A stretch of 64,000 bases of DNA from a virus (Duplodnaviria > Caudoviricetes), in IMG/VR virus record IMGVR_UViG_3300016263_001265, positions 20,617 through 84,616 of that record; one strand, 5' to 3'. The position numbers and the translations under genes are program-made. Each line of letters begins with the position of its first letter. Within the stretch, counting starts at the first letter, position 1. Below are positions 36,420-45,680 of this stretch, piece by piece. Under the pieces are notes generated by a model that had not been told where the DNA came from, made no database searches, and saw only the letters and a program-made list of their open reading frames with translations.

Positions 36420-36446
36420 CTGTTGGGCTTATGCCCTGAGCTTAGA

Positions 36447-36998
36447 TTAGCTCTCGATCTCCACGCGGACGATCTGGTCGCCAGCCGTGAGGGTCGTGTC
36501 AACAATGGCATTGAAGTCAATGTCCATCGTCGAAATGTCTTCTCGCATGAACGGGAAGTTCAGAGCCGTTGAGAATGCCTTGAAGAGGTGAACGACCACC
36601 TTCTTGTCAGGATCATCCGTGCGGCTGTGGACAAACTTCACATACATCGCGGACGGCTTGTCGTCGTACTCCGCCGTGAAGACGTTGTGCGTCGCCGTCA
36701 GGTTTCCTGCCGTGTTGCTCACCGTGCTCTTGGCAACGGTGAAGAAGCGGGCAAGGTTCTCGAAGTTGAGCTCGACCGAGCGGGCGGCTGCGGTGACGTT
36801 GCCACCGTAGTATCCGCGAGCGATCACGAAGTTCGACTGGCCGCGGAATTCCGCTTCCTGGAACTCGATGTTGAGCTCAACGTCACCACCGACTTCGCCG
36901 ATGGTGTAAATGGTCGTGTAGGTCGTCGAAAGCGCGGCTGGGTCCGCACCAGCGACCCACGGGGCGACCGAAAGGGTACCCGATCCAAGAGTCAGCAT
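36447..36998 (-). CDS. major tail (tube) protein
   Basis: 183 aa, GC-rich codons, typical tube pattern (GEVGGDVELNI...VVVHLFKA...FPF...DIDFNA); upstream of the chaperones. Confidence 0.8.
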   Translation of the reverse strand: MLTLGSGTLSVAPWVAGADPAALSTTYTTIYTIGEVGGDVELNIEFQEAEFRGQSNFVIARGYYGGNVTAAARSVELNFENLARFFTVAKSTVSNTAGNLTATHNVFTAEYDDKPSAMYVKFVHSRTDDPDKKVVVHLFKAFSTALNFPFMREDISTMDIDFNAIVDTTLTAGDQIVRVEIES

Positions 36999-37010
36999 GC
37001 TAGTTACTCC

Positions 37011-37406
37011 TCAAACTACTATCAACTTGTATCGAAGGCGCCTTCGATACTCCAATGTCGCCTCGTCGTACTCATCTTGCTCGGCGATCTTTTTAACAAG
37101 ATGAATCTTTATGCCCGATCCCGCGAAGTTCTTTGTGTTGATCAGAGCGTCAACACGGTTTGAGATCTCGCTCAGTTGCGGGGCCCCAGCGGTAGAAACC
37201 ACCAGCACTTCCACTTCCGGTCGATTTATCCCAAATGCCGCATCTGACGTTCCGCTCTCGACAGAGATCTTTATCGCTGGCAAGGCAGTCCGGACTGTTG
37301 CGGTGATCGGGTATATCTTCTTGTCGTTGGCAGTCCCGCTGAGCGAGGTTTGCAAGGTTGCATCCCCGCCAAGCTTGCTGAACAGCGACTCATATATTCC
37401 CTTCAC
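37011..37406 (-). CDS. tail terminator protein
   Basis: IYESLFSKLGGDATLQ...KIYP...LPAI...EISNRVDALI; immediately upstream of the tube gene. Confidence 0.75.
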   Translation of the reverse strand: MKGIYESLFSKLGGDATLQTSLSGTANDKKIYPITATVRTALPAIKISVESGTSDAAFGINRPEVEVLVVSTAGAPQLSEISNRVDALINTKNFAGSGIKIHLVKKIAEQDEYDEATLEYRRRLRYKLIVV

Positions 37407-37460
37407 AAAGAAGATAGTACGCTATCTGACTCTCGCCGCAAGGGTGGGCCGTTCTACGCC

Positions 37461-37910
37461 CTATTCTTCAACGTCGTCCCAGCCCATCGGTACGGCCTTT
37501 GGATGAAGCGGCTTCGGGCTAAACGGTCTTAACGGACAATCGGTAATCCTGCAAAATCTGTCGCCAAGAGTGCAACCAGCGCACATGCGGTTTATGACCA
37601 TCTGCCTTGCCCTTGCCTCTTTTTCCGCCTCTGGCATCGAGACCCTGAAATAGCCTCTATTGCTTTGCTGGTAGTCGAGTGAAATTCCAACCTTTTCCAT
37701 TGCCTTGGGTGGAATAGACCTTGCGCCAGTAAGCCATTGGCTAACAGATGATTTGCTGTATCCGAGCTTTGCGGACCAGTGCTCCACAAATCCCTTGACC
37801 GTCATCCCGGAGCACTCTTTTTCGGTGAGCATCTGAAACTCTCGCAGCGGACCCTCTTTCGAGAGGTGTCTCCAAAATTCGGTTTCCTTTAGTACCAGTC
37901 CGCCCATCAA
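37461..37910 (-). CDS. HTH protein with C-terminal Cys4 motif
   Basis: SAKLGYSKSSVSQWLTGARSIP (XRE-like HTH) and CAGC...C....CPLRPF. Confidence 0.65.
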   Translation of the reverse strand: MMGGLVLKETEFWRHLSKEGPLREFQMLTEKECSGMTVKGFVEHWSAKLGYSKSSVSQWLTGARSIPPKAMEKVGISLDYQQSNRGYFRVSMPEAEKEARARQMVINRMCAGCTLGDRFCRITDCPLRPFSPKPLHPKAVPMGWDDVEE

Positions 37911-37931
37911 GCGATCCCCTTTCTTTCGGGG

Positions 37932-38384
37932 CTAACGCTGGTTGAGCCCCCTAATTGCCGGGTCGAGTCGTCCGCCGTAGTACTTGCACGTGCGGCACTC
38001 TCGATCACCGTTCTTTCTCCAATAGGTGTTTTCCCACGTGTATTCGTGTCCGTGTCGGCAATGGGTTGCCCGTAGTTTTCCTGCATCGCCCCTCCTTGTG
38101 TTCATTCTCGGGGTAACGACCTCGAGATGCTCAAGGTTAACGCAGCCGCGATTTCTACACAAGTGGTCAATTTGCAACCCTTTCACAATAGGGCCGTGCA
38201 CGTTTTCGTAGTGCCACTTGTGAGCATTGATCTTCTTGCCGTGCTGGTCCTTGAACGCCCCGTATCCTGACGGGTCCTTTGCTCCAACCCAGTTCCAGCA
38301 TCCGTTTTCGGCCTTCGAGACGTGACGAAGAAACCGCGTCAGCGGCTCGGTTCTTGGTCTCCCGCGCTTGGTTTCTTTTTCCAT
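37932..38384 (-). CDS. HNH endonuclease with C-terminal Zn-binding domain
   Basis: CWNWVG...GYG...AHKWHY...IDHLCRNRGCVNLEHLE; THCRHGHEY...RECRTC. Confidence 0.9.
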   Translation of the reverse strand: MEKETKRGRPRTEPLTRFLRHVSKAENGCWNWVGAKDPSGYGAFKDQHGKKINAHKWHYENVHGPIVKGLQIDHLCRNRGCVNLEHLEVVTPRMNTRRGDAGKLRATHCRHGHEYTWENTYWRKNGDRECRTCKYYGGRLDPAIRGLNQR

Positions 38385-38412
38385 GCAGGGAGTATAGCAT
38401 AACGTTTATCGG

Positions 38413-38622
38413 CTATTCGCTCTTGGAGATCCTCAACGGCATTGTGACAGCCCACGCAATTGTAAGAACAAGAAGCGTACCGCCAACGAAGTTTCTGGTG
38501 TCTCCGTCTGGAAGGACAATCCAGCCGATAAGAAGGCCAAAAATCGTCCACGATTGGGCAATAAGATCGTTTGCAATTGCCCCAAGAGTTTCCCTGTTAA
38601 TAATATCTAGAATGTTACGCAT
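38413..38622 (-). CDS. small multi-pass membrane protein
   Basis: Hydrophobic segments [13 protein letters not shown] and [14 protein letters not shown]; overlaps the upstream stop. Confidence 0.65.
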   Translation of the reverse strand: MRNILDIINRETLGAIANDLIAQSWTIFGLLIGWIVLPDGDTRNFVGGTLLVLTIAWAVTMPLRISKSE

Positions 38623-39820
38623 TGTTTGATCTCCCCCGTAGCGTTCTTGACGCAGCGGACGCAGCCGCTACGGCTGACTGCGCCACTTGGGTGATAATCA
38701 CCGCAGCAACAATTGTTGGCCGAGCCTCTTCTCTCTCGGCCTCCGTGACATCTGATCCAAGCTTTGCGACGGCCGCAAGTGCCTCTCCTGGGGCTCCGAC
38801 AATGTCTGACGCAACATCAAACACTGCTTCAACCGCAGCTCCAACAGCCTCTGCAACCGCCTCTACGGCAGCCGACACAACGGGCTGTTCTGGCTCAGGA
38901 GAAGGAACGCTACTGGGATCAGGAGAAGGGGTGATATCCGGCGAAACACTTGGCGCCACGGTTCCTTCGGGCGTCGGCTCGGGTGAGGAAGTCGGGTCTG
39001 GTGTTGGTTCATTTGTCACCTCTGGGCTTGGAGTCGGCTCTTCAGTCGGCTCTGGACTTGGGGTTGGCTCTGGGGATGGCTCTACAGAAGGCTCTGGCGT
39101 GGGCGTAGGAGCCACGCTAGGGCTCGGCGTTGGCGGCTCTGGTGTAGGAGAAGGGGTTGGCTCAATTGAAGGCTCTGGAGTGGGCTCTGGGGTAGGCGTT
39201 GGTTCTGGCGTCGGCTCTGGGGTCGGCTCTGGGGTCGGGGTTGGCTCAACGGTCGGCTCTGGGGTCGGGCTGGGCGGCGGTGGGGTTGGGGTCCACTCTG
39301 GGGCTGGCGGGTTTGGGTCAAGCGTGGCTTCGACGTTTGTCCACAGCAGATAAAAACCGTTGTTGTAAAACTGCGCCTCTGGGTCGCCGCAGCATCGGCC
39401 CGCTCGAAGTCGATATTCGGAAACCGGAAGGTCGTTGATGATGATGTAAGAAGCCAGGGAGTATCCGCCGGTGTGCTCCGTGTATGCGTCGTCGTTGGCG
39501 GCAATCAGGTTTCCCTGGTTGTCATACAGCCACAACATTGAGTCAACGATGTTGCCGCACCATCCGCTGGTGGTGCCTTCGCACAGATCAGTCCAGATTT
39601 CAAGAGTTCCTGGCTCGTTGAGCGTGATCCAGTAATCCTGTGTTTCTGTGACAACGTACGGAGTCGGTTCTGGGGTTGGTTCTGGCGTAGGCGACGGCTC
39701 TTCTGTTGGCACGGGGTCGCCCTCAACGCCAAGCGCAGCACTTGGCGTTATTGCATAAACAGAAAGTGTCAGAACGATCAAAAACCAGGTGATAAGAAGA
39801 ACTTGGATATCTTTGCGCAT
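38615..39820 (-). CDS. secreted/surface protein with PPC-like domain and Pro/Thr/Glu linker
   Basis: Signal peptide; [19 protein letters not shown] motif; long (EPTP) repeat; Ala/Val-rich C-terminus. Confidence 0.8.
   Translation of the reverse strand: MRKDIQVLLITWFLIVLTLSVYAITPSAALGVEGDPVPTEEPSPTPEPTPEPTPYVVTETQDYWITLNEPGTLEIWTDLCEGTTSGWCGNIVDSMLWLYDNQGNLIAANDDAYTEHTGGYSLASYIIINDLPVSEYRLRAGRCCGDPEAQFYNNGFYLLWTNVEATLDPNPPAPEWTPTPPPPSPTPEPTVEPTPTPEPTPEPTPEPTPTPEPTPEPSIEPTPSPTPEPPTPSPSVAPTPTPEPSVEPSPEPTPSPEPTEEPTPSPEVTNEPTPDPTSSPEPTPEGTVAPSVSPDITPSPDPSSVPSPEPEQPVVSAAVEAVAEAVGAAVEAVFDVASDIVGAPGEALAAVAKLGSDVTEAEREEARPTIVAAVIITQVAQSAVAAASAASRTLRGRSNNA
38890..39330 (-). repeat. coding tandem repeat encoding (E-P-T/S-P)n
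   Basis: Repeated GGCTCTGGGGTCGG-type units on the plus strand. Confidence 0.85.
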
Positions 39821-40005
39821 TACTTCCCCTGTACGGAGAACCAGGCGATCAGGGATCCAATTCCGGTGACGCCAAGCAGGCCGACAATAAACTTGGCAAG
39901 CCTGTACGCACCGCGTGTTTCCGCCATCTCAACGCGCATGGCAGAAATCTCTTCTTCGATCTTATCGAGCCGATCGATGATTTGCTGGATGTTGTTTGCA
40001 GTCAT
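39820..40005 (-). CDS. small coiled-coil plus transmembrane protein (holin/XhlA-like)
   Basis: [12 protein letters not shown] coiled coil, then [18 protein letters not shown]. Confidence 0.6.
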   Translation of the reverse strand: MTANNIQQIIDRLDKIEEEISAMRVEMAETRGAYRLAKFIVGLLGVTGIGSLIAWFSVQGK

Positions 40006-40108
40006 ACACCATCCTTGTGTGCTAAATGATTTCAGCACAACTATATGTGGTGTAATCTACTTGCGCAATACTTTTTTGCTCTGCGTTATTATTCTGCTGT
40101 TGACTGTA

Positions 40109-40687
40109 CTATGGTTTCACCCAGATATTGACATACGACTTCAGAACCGGGGCAACTCCGTTATCCAAAAAGAATGCATTCACATATCTGTCTTTTCCAA
40201 AATAACGTTCGCAGTCATCAACGGCAATCATGCATCCAGAGCGAAGATTCTCATAGACGCAAGCTAATTCAGACAAATGATGAAGTGGCGCCCTATAGTC
40301 TCCGGTGGCATCGTAACTATCAAGAAAAAGGAGATCTATGTCCTTGAGATTTGATAGTCCCCTTAGTCCGGTTATGGAGTCAGACTCAATAACCTCTACG
40401 TTTTTAACCATTGCCCTGCACGCTGATACCGAGTCTTTTGATATGTCAAAAGAGCGGGCGGTCCCGCCGACCCTCCCTATGATCCAGTCCCAAATAATTG
40501 TTGACTGACCATCATCTATCCATGCGCCAGGTCTTCTCACGCATCCTGTTTCTACTATGTGCACAGGTCGGTCAAGAGATAAAAGTCTTTTCCCAATGTA
40601 TGAAAAAGCCTTCCACCTTGGACCCCAACTAAGCTTTGGGCTAAGCCAGTCCTTGAATTCAGAGTAGTTACTTGAATTTGAAGTCAA
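40109..40687 (-). CDS. class I SAM-dependent methyltransferase
   Basis: IVETGC, SFDIS, IDLLFLDS, MIAVDD motifs; start placed at TTG 40687 (ORF extends to 40777). Confidence 0.8.
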   Translation of the reverse strand: MTSNSSNYSEFKDWLSPKLSWGPRWKAFSYIGKRLLSLDRPVHIVETGCVRRPGAWIDDGQSTIIWDWIIGRVGGTARSFDISKDSVSACRAMVKNVEVIESDSITGLRGLSNLKDIDLLFLDSYDATGDYRAPLHHLSELACVYENLRSGCMIAVDDCERYFGKDRYVNAFFLDNGVAPVLKSYVNIWVKP

Positions 40688-41873
40688 ACTGAATTCCCTC
40701 AATTTCTTCCTCAAGCCGAGAAATGATGGGACCCCAATATGTCTTGTAGACATGCTCCACATCGTATTCCGACGCAAACCTTACGGCTTTGCTGCGCTTA
40801 TCTTTGGAGTCGCCAGAAGAAGACTTTAGTTTGTACGATTCTTCTAGCGCCTGCGTAATCTCATCTACATCCGGAACGCCCCACCATCCCTGCTGAAATT
40901 CGTCCCATTCCTTTCGGGCGCTCACCATCCACCCTGGTCCAACAAGTTCTGTTTGGGCGGTGAAATCAGTCACAATGACTGGGGCCCCGCATGCCTGCGC
41001 CTCAATGGTTGGAACCCCAAAGCCCTCCCCTCGAGACGTTGAAAGGAACACATCTGTCTCAGAATACGCCTCTGCCATATAGGACTGCGGCATGCCCTGA
41101 CGGTAGGAAAACTGATCAACAAATACCACCCTCTCGTCTGGTGCCCCAACCATCTGCAGGTACCTTGGAATATTTACACCCTCTGTGAGGCCATAGATTT
41201 CAGTATGTATATACAAATATGCGTCGTCGTGATTTTCTGCAAATTGCGACCAGGCGGAGATCATCTCTGGGAAGCACTTCCGAATTGGGGCAAGCCCTTT
41301 GTTGGCCGCTACAATCGTTGTCAAATGCGCATCTTTTGGAATGCCAAGATTTTTCCTAAACTCAGATTGTGTTGGCTTGTATGTCTTGGTGTCAACCGCG
41401 TGCGGCGAGTACATCACCATTGACTCTGGCATCCCAGCCTCAAGCATCTTTTCTTTTCCAAACTTAGACATGGCAATTGGCCACTTTGGCTTACCTTCCA
41501 TAGAGAAAAATCTAGCGACGCCGGGCGTCACATTGGCGTGATCAATAGGGGTCCACGCTGCAATAGGTATTTCTGACCACGCAACATTTTGTAGCGGCCA
41601 TACGTCGTATAGCATGATACCAATGCCTTTTCCTTCTGGCTTTCTGGTCATCCACCAAGCCATTTGGAGCGGAGCCAAATCCTCACTTGCCGGACCAACC
41701 CCGTGCGGCATGACTTTTATGCCATTGTAGTCAATGCTATCCCCGCCAAGACCATAGTTTGAGGCAATTGCAACAGGGTGGCCATCACGAAGAAGGCGTT
41801 GAGTGATAAGGTCGGTCTGAACGCCGTATCCACCAGGGACCCACGGCGCATTTGAATACCATGAAATTCTCAA
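40668..41873 (-). CDS. GT-B glycosyltransferase (GT4-like)
   Basis: GGYGVQT N-terminus, HAVDT, DVFLSTSRGEGFGVPTIEAQACGAPVI. Confidence 0.92.
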   Translation of the reverse strand: MRISWYSNAPWVPGGYGVQTDLITQRLLRDGHPVAIASNYGLGGDSIDYNGIKVMPHGVGPASEDLAPLQMAWWMTRKPEGKGIGIMLYDVWPLQNVAWSEIPIAAWTPIDHANVTPGVARFFSMEGKPKWPIAMSKFGKEKMLEAGMPESMVMYSPHAVDTKTYKPTQSEFRKNLGIPKDAHLTTIVAANKGLAPIRKCFPEMISAWSQFAENHDDAYLYIHTEIYGLTEGVNIPRYLQMVGAPDERVVFVDQFSYRQGMPQSYMAEAYSETDVFLSTSRGEGFGVPTIEAQACGAPVIVTDFTAQTELVGPGWMVSARKEWDEFQQGWWGVPDVDEITQALEESYKLKSSSGDSKDKRSKAVRFASEYDVEHVYKTYWGPIISRLEEEIEGIQFDFKFK

Positions 41874-41894
41874 CTTATCCTCCTTACGAAATTT

Positions 41895-42128
41895 CTACTT
41901 TAGGATGGCAGAAATCTCTTCATCCGTCAAACCGACTGCCTTAAGCTTTGAAATCGCAGAAGCCTTAAGCGCTGCAGCTTCGGCAGCCGCAGCCTCGGCA
42001 GCAATACGATTTGCTTCGTCTTGTGCAGCAAGCGCCAAGGAGTCCGCAATTTCCTGCTCAGTCATTGGACGGGTTACCTGCTCTCCAGTTGCGCAGTTTA
42101 CCTCAACAACAACATACTCTTCGCTCAT
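41895..42128 (-). CDS. small tail-associated hypothetical protein
   Basis: Follows the fibre genes; EVNCATGE...KLKAVGLTDEEI. Confidence 0.6.
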   Translation of the reverse strand: MSEEYVVVEVNCATGEQVTRPMTEQEIADSLALAAQDEANRIAAEAAAAEAAALKASAISKLKAVGLTDEEISAILK

Positions 42129-42141
42129 ATTAACCTCCTTT

Positions 42142-42942
42142 CTATTTTAGCCCGTAGGCGTATGCCGCCCAGCGTCTAATTGTATTCGATGATCCCCATT
42201 GAAACGAGATTGATGTAATCTCCGCCGATGCAGTGGTGCTATTTACGCCTATGGTTCCCGTTGAATAAAACATTGTGTTAAAACTTGGGCTCCCTGTCAT
42301 TGCGCACGACTTCAGTGTGAATGGTTTTTCTGCCTTTGCTTGGTTTGCATAGTCAAAAATTGTTAACTCTGCCCACGCGACTTGGTTTGTCTCGCTGCTT
42401 GCGGTAAACAAAAGCGGGTTGTTGTCGTCTACAGTAGCCGCGGTTGCAAGAGCTGTTGATGATGCAGTATTTCCCAATCGCTGGAATGAAAACAATCCGT
42501 TGTTTGCAGTTCCCCACGTAAGACCGTTGATGGACGTAATATATACGGATTCGCTTGTACTTCCAACCTGGCAATACAGGATAAACTTCACCGCTTGAAA
42601 TATCTGCGGGATTGAAGTAAAGCTTAATATTGGCTGTACCGTTCCGCCAGATGTTGAAACAGAAGAACCTAGGTAAAACATATTTGGGTAGTGATCTGCC
42701 GCCCATCCTACGCCAGCCGTCTTAGTGCTGTCGGCCTCGAGCAAGAATCCCGGACGGTTCTCAATTGGTATGGCTACCGATGTTGACCCAGTTGAACCAA
42801 TAATTTGACCAGCACTGGTTACACCAAATGTCTGAGCAGCTATTTTTGTGTCAATATCTGTGGCAAGGTTTTGCGTATCTGTTGCAATGTTTACTGCATC
42901 AGATGACAGCGGATACCGTATTCCGTTTGTCGTTGTTGCCAT
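42142..42942 (-). CDS. minor tail/fibre protein (paralog 3)
   Basis: MATTTNGIRYP N-terminus shared with neighbours; SFTSIPQ domain. Confidence 0.7.
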   Translation of the reverse strand: MATTTNGIRYPLSSDAVNIATDTQNLATDIDTKIAAQTFGVTSAGQIIGSTGSTSVAIPIENRPGFLLEADSTKTAGVGWAADHYPNMFYLGSSVSTSGGTVQPILSFTSIPQIFQAVKFILYCQVGSTSESVYITSINGLTWGTANNGLFSFQRLGNTASSTALATAATVDDNNPLLFTASSETNQVAWAELTIFDYANQAKAEKPFTLKSCAMTGSPSFNTMFYSTGTIGVNSTTASAEITSISFQWGSSNTIRRWAAYAYGLK

Positions 42943-42943
42943 C

Positions 42944-44341
42944 TTACTTCACCCCGTACAACTTAAATATGCCGCTTGCAAAAGTAACACCTGTTGTGGT
43001 TATGCTTGAGATTGCCGTATTGCCTTCTGCATACCTTACAGAGCTCAGCGACAATACACTTGCCAGGTCTCCACCAACAAAAAATGCTGCTGTTGATCCG
43101 GCGGTGCCGTGGGCAATTCCGGTAGTTGCGGTTCCGGGAGAATACCACAAAGATCTGGTCATATAGAGATAAGCGCCATCGTTAAAACTTGTTGCGGCAA
43201 TTGTTCCGGCAACCCCACTATTGTACGTGACGATAGATGTGCCGCTTGTTGTGACGCTTGCCGCAGTCCATGTTCCGTTAATGCCAAGTGCCGTTCCGCT
43301 ATATCCAGCAATGACAAATGTATCGCCAGTCATCAGGCCTGGTCTTTGCGTTGTGGAAAGATTAATTGTCACGGTTCCATTTGTTCCATGTCTTGCAAGT
43401 GTTCCGTTGATATCTCCAGATTTGCTATCACTTCCTTGCCAGAGGTCTTGTGGGGTTGAGCCGCCAGCTTTAGCAACAAGAGGAACCGTTGTATAACATG
43501 TGGCAGATGTTGTGTTCAAAAGTGTATCAACACCTGCAACACCACCGTAGATTGCTTGCCCAGTATGTGATGCTGGAAATATGTCTTCGGCAAAATGAAG
43601 ATATCCGATCCCATAGGCAGGGCTTCCTGCGGTAGAAGTTCTTCCACGATAGTCTGGGGTCATCGCAAAGTTGCTTCGTGATGTTATTGCATATCCAATC
43701 TTGTGAGTCCCGCCAGTCCCGGCGTATTCTGGAAAATATGCTTCAAAAAATATTCCATCGGCAGTGCTTCTTGCATGCGCAGCGGTGCTCATTGACATCG
43801 TGGTCGGAATAGATGGGTTTTGTCCGGCAAACCAGTAGACTGCGGACCCAACCGCGGTGCTCGCGTTGTTAGCATCCACCAATTGACTCAACTGATTGTA
43901 AAATCCCTGAGATGACTTATACACTGTTCCGCCATTGCTGTTAAACCTAATCCTAATTCCATTTGTTCCGCCGCCGGTAAATCCAGATGCGTGGCCCCTC
44001 AAAACAAGCATTGAGTATGTTGACGGTATGCTGGTAAATGACATTCCGCTAGTATTTGTTGCAATTAACTCAAGCGCATTATCGTATGTACCAGAGAATG
44101 ATCCGGACCAAGATACCCTGGCTGCGTCGGCTGTTCCAGCAGTCATCAAATAAGTTCCATCTCCACCGACCGGAAGCCGCGTCAAGGCGGTAGAGAAGAT
44201 CGGAAGATCCCCCTTTGTTGTAAGTTGTGTGACGGATTTGACATAGCTATTTGCAGCATCCGCGACGCGCTGTATAAATGTCCCCTCTATTTGATCCGTT
44301 GATGCTGGATACGGAATACCGTAATTTGGTGTGTTTGGCAT
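42944..44341 (-). CDS. minor tail/fibre protein (paralog 2)
   Basis: MPNTPNYGIPYP N-terminus; TTKGDL...RLPVG module; SFTSIPSTY domain with an FCCH-like insert. Confidence 0.7.
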   Translation of the reverse strand: MPNTPNYGIPYPASTDQIEGTFIQRVADAANSYVKSVTQLTTKGDLPIFSTALTRLPVGGDGTYLMTAGTADAARVSWSGSFSGTYDNALELIATNTSGMSFTSIPSTYSMLVLRGHASGFTGGGTNGIRIRFNSNGGTVYKSSQGFYNQLSQLVDANNASTAVGSAVYWFAGQNPSIPTTMSMSTAAHARSTADGIFFEAYFPEYAGTGGTHKIGYAITSRSNFAMTPDYRGRTSTAGSPAYGIGYLHFAEDIFPASHTGQAIYGGVAGVDTLLNTTSATCYTTVPLVAKAGGSTPQDLWQGSDSKSGDINGTLARHGTNGTVTINLSTTQRPGLMTGDTFVIAGYSGTALGINGTWTAASVTTSGTSIVTYNSGVAGTIAATSFNDGAYLYMTRSLWYSPGTATTGIAHGTAGSTAAFFVGGDLASVLSLSSVRYAEGNTAISSITTTGVTFASGIFKLYGVK

Positions 44342-45100
44342 TTATCCCTCAAAACTTCCGTACATTTCAATTCTGCTATCTGATGCGAATGGGTATAGCG
44401 AGGCGTGTCGTATCTCTATACTTGTTATCGCTGCCTGAGAGTCAATAAACCCAGAATTGTAACTTGCATTATCGTTGTTTCCGTTCCAATAAGACATTGA
44501 TGCCAAAATGACTTTTCTTCCGGCTGATGATGTGTAGTTTTGTATTTTAATGTGTATTGTGTTACAGCTTTGAATGTTCCATGTATCACTGCTTCTGACC
44601 TGTGCAAACCTTAGCCCAGACTGCGGGGTCACAATTGCGCCTGCGCTTCTGAGTTGGCTTGTAAAATTTACCAGTGTTCCGTTTATAAGTATATTTACCA
44701 ACGTGCTTCCCGCACCACCAGCACCGCTGACAAAATAAAATCTTCCAATAACGTCAAGGCTGTCGTATGTTTGTGGTATTGAAGAAAACAGCACCGACGT
44801 GTCCGATCCGTTTCCTTGGTAGCTTGCAATTGACCCGTTTATAGAGGAATCTGTGGTGAAGTCTTTTATCCACTGCAGCCCGGTTGATTCTGAAGAGTTT
44901 GCTTTTAGATATGTTCCATTTGCACCAACCGGGAGTCGGGCAAAGTCTGTCGCGCTTCTTGTGGTGAGGTCGCCTTTGGTCGTGGCAGACGTTGTGTTCA
45001 GCATTCCGTCAACGTCTTCTGCAAGGTTTTGAAGGTGCGTGCTGATAGCAACGGCGTCTGAGCCTGTTGGATACCTCAAACCTTTAGATGTTGTTGCCAT
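44342..45100 (-). CDS. minor tail/fibre protein (paralog 1)
   Basis: MATTSKGLRYP N-terminus; TTKGDL...RLPVG module; FSSIPQTY domain. Confidence 0.7.
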   Translation of the reverse strand: MATTSKGLRYPTGSDAVAISTHLQNLAEDVDGMLNTTSATTKGDLTTRSATDFARLPVGANGTYLKANSSESTGLQWIKDFTTDSSINGSIASYQGNGSDTSVLFSSIPQTYDSLDVIGRFYFVSGAGGAGSTLVNILINGTLVNFTSQLRSAGAIVTPQSGLRFAQVRSSDTWNIQSCNTIHIKIQNYTSSAGRKVILASMSYWNGNNDNASYNSGFIDSQAAITSIEIRHASLYPFASDSRIEMYGSFEG

Positions 45101-45101
45101 T

Positions 45102-45641
45102 TTATGCTACCTCGTACCAAAATGATACTTCTATTATATCATTTGTGAGAAAGTCAATTGGTCTGCCCGCCCTAATCGGCACGCTGTCTGGGATTGAGTT
45201 TGCAAATTCATACGTTTTAAGATTCACCAGATCATTGTAGCTTGGGATGTCATAAGCAATATCGCTATATTTATATGTCTGTCCATCAGAGTCTACTGAT
45301 AGAGAGATTGTTACTGGACTTGTATAGCTATTATAGTGAACATGAATTGGATACGCACGGGTGTACCTTTTTACAGCACCATTCCCGTTGACCATTTCAA
45401 TTGGCGAGCTCGGTAGCGTTGCCGTTAGCCCACTGCCAATGGTGGTAGTGCTTCCAACAGTGATGTCAATCTTGCCAAATACTGTTTTACCTATTTGCAC
45501 GCTTTTTGCGCTAACAGTGCCGTTTCCGATGCTGAATCCGCCACCAAAGGTTGGCGAATAGCTGCTCCAGGACCACGACGGGCCAGCATTCGTAATGTCT
45601 ACCCATGCGCCACTTGACCGTACATAGACTCTTTTGCCCAT
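45102..45641 (-). CDS. tail fibre-associated beta protein
   Basis: WSSYSPTF...IGNGTV...QIGKTVF pattern typical of fibre tip domains. Confidence 0.6.
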   Translation of the reverse strand: MGKRVYVRSSGAWVDITNAGPSWSWSSYSPTFGGGFSIGNGTVSAKSVQIGKTVFGKIDITVGSTTTIGSGLTATLPSSPIEMVNGNGAVKRYTRAYPIHVHYNSYTSPVTISLSVDSDGQTYKYSDIAYDIPSYNDLVNLKTYEFANSIPDSVPIRAGRPIDFLTNDIIEVSFWYEVA

Positions 45642-45680
45642 GTCAAATCACCGAATCTTTCTGGTTCATATACAAAAACA

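Noticed and set aside
38622-39353. 243-aa plus-strand Gly/Ser/Val ORF
   Set aside because: Antisense shadow of the EPTP repeat in the 38615-39820 gene
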